A DNA stretch of 62,893 nt from Laspinema olomoucense D3a. Its GTDB lineage: Bacteria > Cyanobacteriota > Cyanobacteriia > Cyanobacteriales > Laspinemataceae. The notes under the pieces are model-generated. The model was given only the letters and a program-made list of their open reading frames with translations. It did not search any database and was not told where the DNA came from. Numbering within the stretch: the first letter of the stretch is position 1; each line of letters begins with the position of its first letter. Position numbers and translations under genes: made by a program. The DNA lies in the NCBI RefSeq assembly GCF_025370815.1, contig NZ_JAMXFB010000041.1; one strand, 5' to 3'. Shown one piece after another: positions 58,745 through 62,893 of this stretch.

Positions 58745-58872
58745 CGAATATTATACGGAATCCGGTTGTAATAGATCCATAAAAACCCGCACCCATGCAT
58801 GGTGGGTCTACACAGACGAAGCCCGCCTGCGCGGGCTGAAGAGAAAATCGACTTTTAACAACCGGATTTGGT
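58745..58872 (+). repeat. ~125-bp interspersed repeat element, direct-orientation copy (partner of 57321-57447)
   Basis: tacggaatccggttgtaatagatccataaaaacccgcaccc atgcat ggtgggtctacacagacgaagcccgcctgcgcgggctgaagag. Confidence 0.7.
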
Positions 58873-58873
58873 A

Positions 58874-59404
58874 TTATTGATTTAAAAAGGCGTGAAGGTG
58901 GGATGCAAGTTTCTCGATGATTCCTTCCTCATTTTGTAAACTTTTTTCAGCTTCGGCTTCGATGCGCGGGACTACATCCTCGGGCAAATTCAGGAGGGAA
59001 ACGAGTTTTTTGTAGGCTTGAGCTTCTTCGGCATTAATATTAGGCTCATCGGGGGTTCGGGAACTGGAGGCGATGACTTCATAGCCGATTTGCAGAACCA
59101 GTTCCCGTTCGGGTTGGGTGGCGAGTTTAGGGATTAATTCTTCCAGCGGGATGTTTTGCATCATATAGTCCCGCAGTTCTTCTTTGAGTTTGTCTTGTTG
59201 TTGGGGACTGACGGAAAATAAGCGACTAAAGCGATCGAGCATGATCTCGACTTCTTCTGCCCCGAGTTCGCCATCTGCCCATGCCATTGCGGTTACAACT
59301 CGTAACAGGTTCATCTGACGCGGGGTGATGGAGGGTGGGGGTGGGGGTTGGATTGCCATTGTTTTTTCCTCAAAATATGGGAAGTTGTGGCAAAACTTTA
59401 TCAT
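58874..59404 (-). CDS. TerB-like domain protein (tellurite-resistance TerB / DjlA-N-like fold)
   Basis: VTAMAWADGELGAEEVEIML is TerB-like. 176 aa, helical. Confidence 0.35.
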   Translation of the reverse strand: MIKFCHNFPYFEEKTMAIQPPPPPSITPRQMNLLRVVTAMAWADGELGAEEVEIMLDRFSRLFSVSPQQQDKLKEELRDYMMQNIPLEELIPKLATQPERELVLQIGYEVIASSSRTPDEPNINAEEAQAYKKLVSLLNLPEDVVPRIEAEAEKSLQNEEGIIEKLASHLHAFLNQ

Positions 59405-59497
59405 GCGATCGCAGGGTTGGGCTTCTATCGTAAGGTTATCTTAGGGAATGGGGTGACGGGAAATAACAACTGGAGTCGTTATCCCGTCTTCGCCCAT

Positions 59498-61291
59498 TTA
59501 CCCTTTAAGTTGACTCACCGAACTCCCTAACCAGCCTTTGAGATTATTCTGTTGAGTCGCGGTGGGATTCTGAATGGGGACGATATTGTAAGTTGTGGGA
59601 CGGGGTTGGGTGAGCACCGCCTCAACGGTTCGTAATTGTTCTTGATGGAAAACCGTAATTTGGATTTTGGACCCGGTTTGATAGTCTTTCAGGCGATCGC
59701 CCAAATCTTCGGCAGTAACGCGCATTCCATCGATCGCCAGTAACTCATCATCGGCATCGATTCCCGCCCGTTGCGCGGGTGAACCCATTTCTACAAATTT
59801 AATCGCCGCTTTACCATTTTCTGTCTTAACTGTCAAGCCCAAAAACGGTGCTGCATCATTATTTTCCACGGGTTGCACTTTTAACCCAAAGGGTTGCAGA
59901 TACTCATCCAGAGGTAATTCGGCAGTCCCGTGGATGTAGTCGTTAAAGAAGTCCGTTAAATCTTCTTCGGCAACGGATTCAATAATCTCTTTGAGTTCCT
60001 CATCGGTAAAGCCAATTTCTTGGGGTCCAAACCGCTGCCACATTTGCTGCATCACCTGATCCAGCGATCGCGCGTTGCCGGAGTTTGCCCGAATTCGCAA
60101 ATCTAACAACAGGGAAACTAATTCTCCTTTCAAATAATAGGAAATTTGGGAATTATCGCTATTCGCATCCCGGCGATACAGTTTAATCCAAGCATCCCAA
60201 CTCGATTCACTCAGGGGTTGATAACGACGTCCCGGAAGGGTTTGCAAGCGGGTAATATCTTTACTTAACCCTTGTAAGGCGATTTTTGCATCATAAATGC
60301 CCGCCCACAAGGGTAGCAGAATATCATAATAACTGGTGGTTCCTTCAGAAAACCACAGAGAAGTCGTGTAAGTTTCCCCTTCATAGTTAAACACTTCTAG
60401 GGGTTTGGGACGAATGCGCTTAACATTCCACAAGTGGAAAAACTCGTGGGCGACTAATTGAATGAAGCGGTTGTATTTTTCGGGATTTCTAAATCCAAAG
60501 CGGGGATAGTTCAAAGAACAGCTATTTTTATGTTCCAATCCGCCATAGCCTTGGGAGGAGAGATGGAGAATAAACAAATAGCGATCGTAAGGTAACCCTC
60601 CGAATAGCCGACTTTCGGTTTCAATGATTTTTTCAATATCCGAAATCAGCCGTTCAGCTTGGATATTTCCCTGGCCCCAAATAGCTAATTCATGGGGTTT
60701 ATGTTCGACTTCAAAATAATAAGATTGGTGCGTCCCAATTTCAAAAGGACTATCCACCAAGGTATCGAAATCCGGGGAGGTAAAGGTGTGGGGACGTCCC
60801 GATTTGGAAGGTAGTGAAGTGGTAACCCGCCATTCCGGTTTTGGGGGGATAACCTGAATGGAAATCGGGCTTTTTTCAAACCCGGGGATATAGAAGAAGA
60901 GGGCAGCACCGTTAAAATAGCCATGAGTGCTATCTAGGTGATTGGTTCGCACCGAGAGTTCATTGGCATAGATGCGATAGCGAACGATAATTTCCGAGAG
61001 TTCTGAGGTTTCGATTTGCCAGTGATTTTTGCTGACTTTACGCCAAGGTAGGGCGATTTCATTGGCGTCTTCAGCGGAGAATTCCTGGAGATGTTTGGCA
61101 TACTCCCGGACTAAATAGGAACCCGGAGTCCAAACGGGCATTTTCAAATCCAGGACCGATGCCCGCCATCCCCGCACTTTTAACATCACGTCAAACAGAT
61201 GAGATTCTGGCTCATACATGGCCACCTGATAGTAAACATCGGGGGCAATTCGAGGCATGGTACTCGGTGGAATTGTCGTTGCTTCAGTCAT
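59498..61291 (-). CDS. M61-family glycyl aminopeptidase with C-terminal PDZ domain
   Basis: HEFFHLWNVKRIRP HExxH zinc site with downstream Glu, in an M61-like context. C-terminal PDZ-like segment (GLTVKTENGKAAIKFVEMGSPAQRAGIDADDELLAIDG). Confidence 0.7.
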   Translation of the reverse strand: MTEATTIPPSTMPRIAPDVYYQVAMYEPESHLFDVMLKVRGWRASVLDLKMPVWTPGSYLVREYAKHLQEFSAEDANEIALPWRKVSKNHWQIETSELSEIIVRYRIYANELSVRTNHLDSTHGYFNGAALFFYIPGFEKSPISIQVIPPKPEWRVTTSLPSKSGRPHTFTSPDFDTLVDSPFEIGTHQSYYFEVEHKPHELAIWGQGNIQAERLISDIEKIIETESRLFGGLPYDRYLFILHLSSQGYGGLEHKNSCSLNYPRFGFRNPEKYNRFIQLVAHEFFHLWNVKRIRPKPLEVFNYEGETYTTSLWFSEGTTSYYDILLPLWAGIYDAKIALQGLSKDITRLQTLPGRRYQPLSESSWDAWIKLYRRDANSDNSQISYYLKGELVSLLLDLRIRANSGNARSLDQVMQQMWQRFGPQEIGFTDEELKEIIESVAEEDLTDFFNDYIHGTAELPLDEYLQPFGLKVQPVENNDAAPFLGLTVKTENGKAAIKFVEMGSPAQRAGIDADDELLAIDGMRVTAEDLGDRLKDYQTGSKIQITVFHQEQLRTVEAVLTQPRPTTYNIVPIQNPTATQQNNLKGWLGSSVSQLKG

Positions 61292-61465
61292 GGGTATTTT
61301 TTGTTAGGTTATCGGCTAATCTAGACTCGGTTAGGGGCAGTATTTTAGACTGTCGATTCGCCACGTTTGATGGTATGGCGGTGAGTGCTTCAGGCGCGAT
61401 CGCCTTAATCCCCTTCCCTGCGGTTTAGAATGCCCCTAACCTTGGATATTGTCGCTGAAGATGGC

Positions 61466-62149
61466 TCAAACGTGTCCCGCTAAGTGAGTCAACTGTTTGA
61501 GATTGACCAAATAAAGAGATTCAGCAGCTTCATCAATTTTAATCCAGCCTTTGGCGTTCAATTTTTCCATGATTTTGCTGGCTTCTTCGACGCCAATATC
61601 GGTGACATCTGCTAAGTCTTTATAGGGAATATTGTAGATTTCTGTCCCTTTTTCGGTAGATTGTCCATAGTTTTCCGCCAGAGAAACTAAGGTATTGGCA
61701 AGTTTGACCGCTGGGGGACGGTTGCGCAGTTGAAAGCGTAGATTTGTTTGTCGGAGTCGTCGCACCATGAGTTGGAGCATCCGATGATGGAGTTGAGCGT
61801 CTTTAAACAGGGTTTGGATAAACCGCTGGGCAGAAACGCTCAGGAGTTGTACGGTTGAGAGGGCGATCACATCGGTGGAACGGGGTGATTCATCAAGAAT
61901 TGCCATTTCCCCAAAGAAGTCACCTCGCCCGAGAATCGCCAGAGTTACTACATTGTCTCCATATAGGCGTCGGACTTTGACCCAACCCGTGACGATAAAG
62001 TAAACGGCATTGCCCCAGGCATCTTCCATTAAGACTGCTCTGCCTGAGGGATATTCGTGCTCAACCGCAACGGACAAAAGCCATTCCAGGGTTTCTGGAT
62101 TGGCGGCACTAAATAGCGGGAAAAGCTCACTAAAGGCTTCGGTCTGCAT
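61466..62149 (-). CDS. Crp/Fnr-family transcriptional regulator (cNMP-binding domain + C-terminal HTH)
   Basis: cNMP-binding beta-roll (GDFFGEMAILDESPRSTDVIAL). C-terminal HTH (YKDLADVTDIGVEEASKIMEKL). Does not match NtcA closely. Confidence 0.75.
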   Translation of the reverse strand: MQTEAFSELFPLFSAANPETLEWLLSVAVEHEYPSGRAVLMEDAWGNAVYFIVTGWVKVRRLYGDNVVTLAILGRGDFFGEMAILDESPRSTDVIALSTVQLLSVSAQRFIQTLFKDAQLHHRMLQLMVRRLRQTNLRFQLRNRPPAVKLANTLVSLAENYGQSTEKGTEIYNIPYKDLADVTDIGVEEASKIMEKLNAKGWIKIDEAAESLYLVNLKQLTHLAGHV

Positions 62150-62893
62150 GAAAGATATTTAAGATAGGGAATGAGGATAAGTAATAGCGCAGAGTCGGGA
62201 ATTTGAGATTGTTAAAACCGGCAACAGGAGACCTATTTTCCAGGGCTGACCCTTGAGGGCAAATCCTTTGAGGAATGCTGATTTGGGGTCGGCTTCTGAA
62301 TTAAACACGGTTCTTTGTTGCTCCGGATTAACAATGACTACAAAAAAGACTCTCCGATGGGAGTGTCTGGCTCCTGGGAATGGATACTGTACCGATTGTA
62401 CCTGCCATCAGACGATTTGGCAGCAATCCTGGGAAAGCCGGAAGGGCGATCGCCTCCGGTGTTTTCAAAAGGACTGAATCCTGTTGTTGCCCTATTTGTC
62501 CGGTTTATTTGGACTCGGGATTAGAACCCCTAGAGAACTCAGGGACAGGCCAACTCAAGCGGGTTGTGGTTATTCTATAGACCTAGGATTATATTTTCTC
62601 ATGTTTGGGGTGGCTTTGCCGGATTGAAACAGATTTGCGATCGCCCGGAAAGCCAGAGTCTAGGATCCACTGCTGACTAGGGTCCGGGCCGGAGTCATTT
62701 GGCTTAGAGGGCCCAAGAGTAGCCGCCTCCCCAGGAATTTTCCACCCCTTAAGGCCCCTCTCCCAGTGCGAGTTCCATTTTATCCTGCTCTATAAAACTT
62801 AAACAAACCCGGACAGAGCCGGATATTGATGTTTATTTCTTGCTTCGTCCGGGACTGTCAGCAGCACCCCGTCCACAAGTGTAATCGCCCAAG

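Noticed and set aside
61466-62149. Crp-family regulator as the global nitrogen regulator NtcA
   Set aside because: Sequence does not follow the well-conserved NtcA sequence as I recall it (different N-terminus and HTH), so it is called only as a generic Crp/Fnr-family regulator.
1-62893. CRISPR arrays, rRNA/tRNA genes, IS elements/transposases or integrases
   Set aside because: No regularly spaced direct repeats with unique spacers. No rRNA-like or cloverleaf tRNA sequences. None of the ORFs has transposase (DDE), integrase (tyrosine/serine recombinase) or phage structural-protein signatures. The only repeats are the short hairpin elements and the in-gene coding repeats.

Overview
This window is a 62.9-kb chromosomal segment of a cyanobacterium. 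The GCGATCGC (HIP1) octamer recurs dozens of times, and pentapeptide-repeat, TPR, DUF4278 and multi-PAS/GAF histidine-kinase genes fit that lineage. Coding density is high, with no rRNA, tRNA or CRISPR array. There is no transposase, but a family of short hairpin-containing interspersed repeats (REP/MITE-like) is present. The sequence mixes housekeeping genes with several accessory-type loci. Housekeeping calls: ppsA-like PEP synthase, ribokinase, comF, Mn/Fe-SOD, a PQQ-dependent sugar dehydrogenase, a GDE-type glucosidase, codA, nadA, an M61 peptidase and a Crp-family regulator. Accessory loci: (1) a full-length major vault protein (MVP) homolog with eukaryote-like sequence, followed by a VapBC-like toxin-antitoxin pair; (2) a secreted CHAT caspase-like protease carrying long in-frame tandem repeats, in an operon with a Gly-rich beta-barrel-like protein; (3) two small membrane proteins plus a fused ABC ATPase/permease; (4) three tandem paralogous ~160-aa two-helix membrane proteins; (5) a SWIM zinc-finger protein next to a TpsA/filamentous-hemagglutinin-type exoprotein; (6) an overlapping AAA-type ATPase + DUF4276-like gene pair of the kind seen in two-gene abortive-infection/defence modules; (7) an orphan classic-clade AAA ATPase preceded by a near-consensus sigma70 promoter; (8) a KptA/Tpt1 RNA 2'-phosphotransferase - unknown 284-aa protein - minimal ThiF/MoeB E1-like enzyme module; and (9) a 2389-aa multi-PAS/GAF hybrid histidine kinase followed by a second hybrid kinase. 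nadA is bracketed by an inverted pair of ~125-bp repeat elements. Functional assignments rest on motif recognition by eye; no database searches were run.
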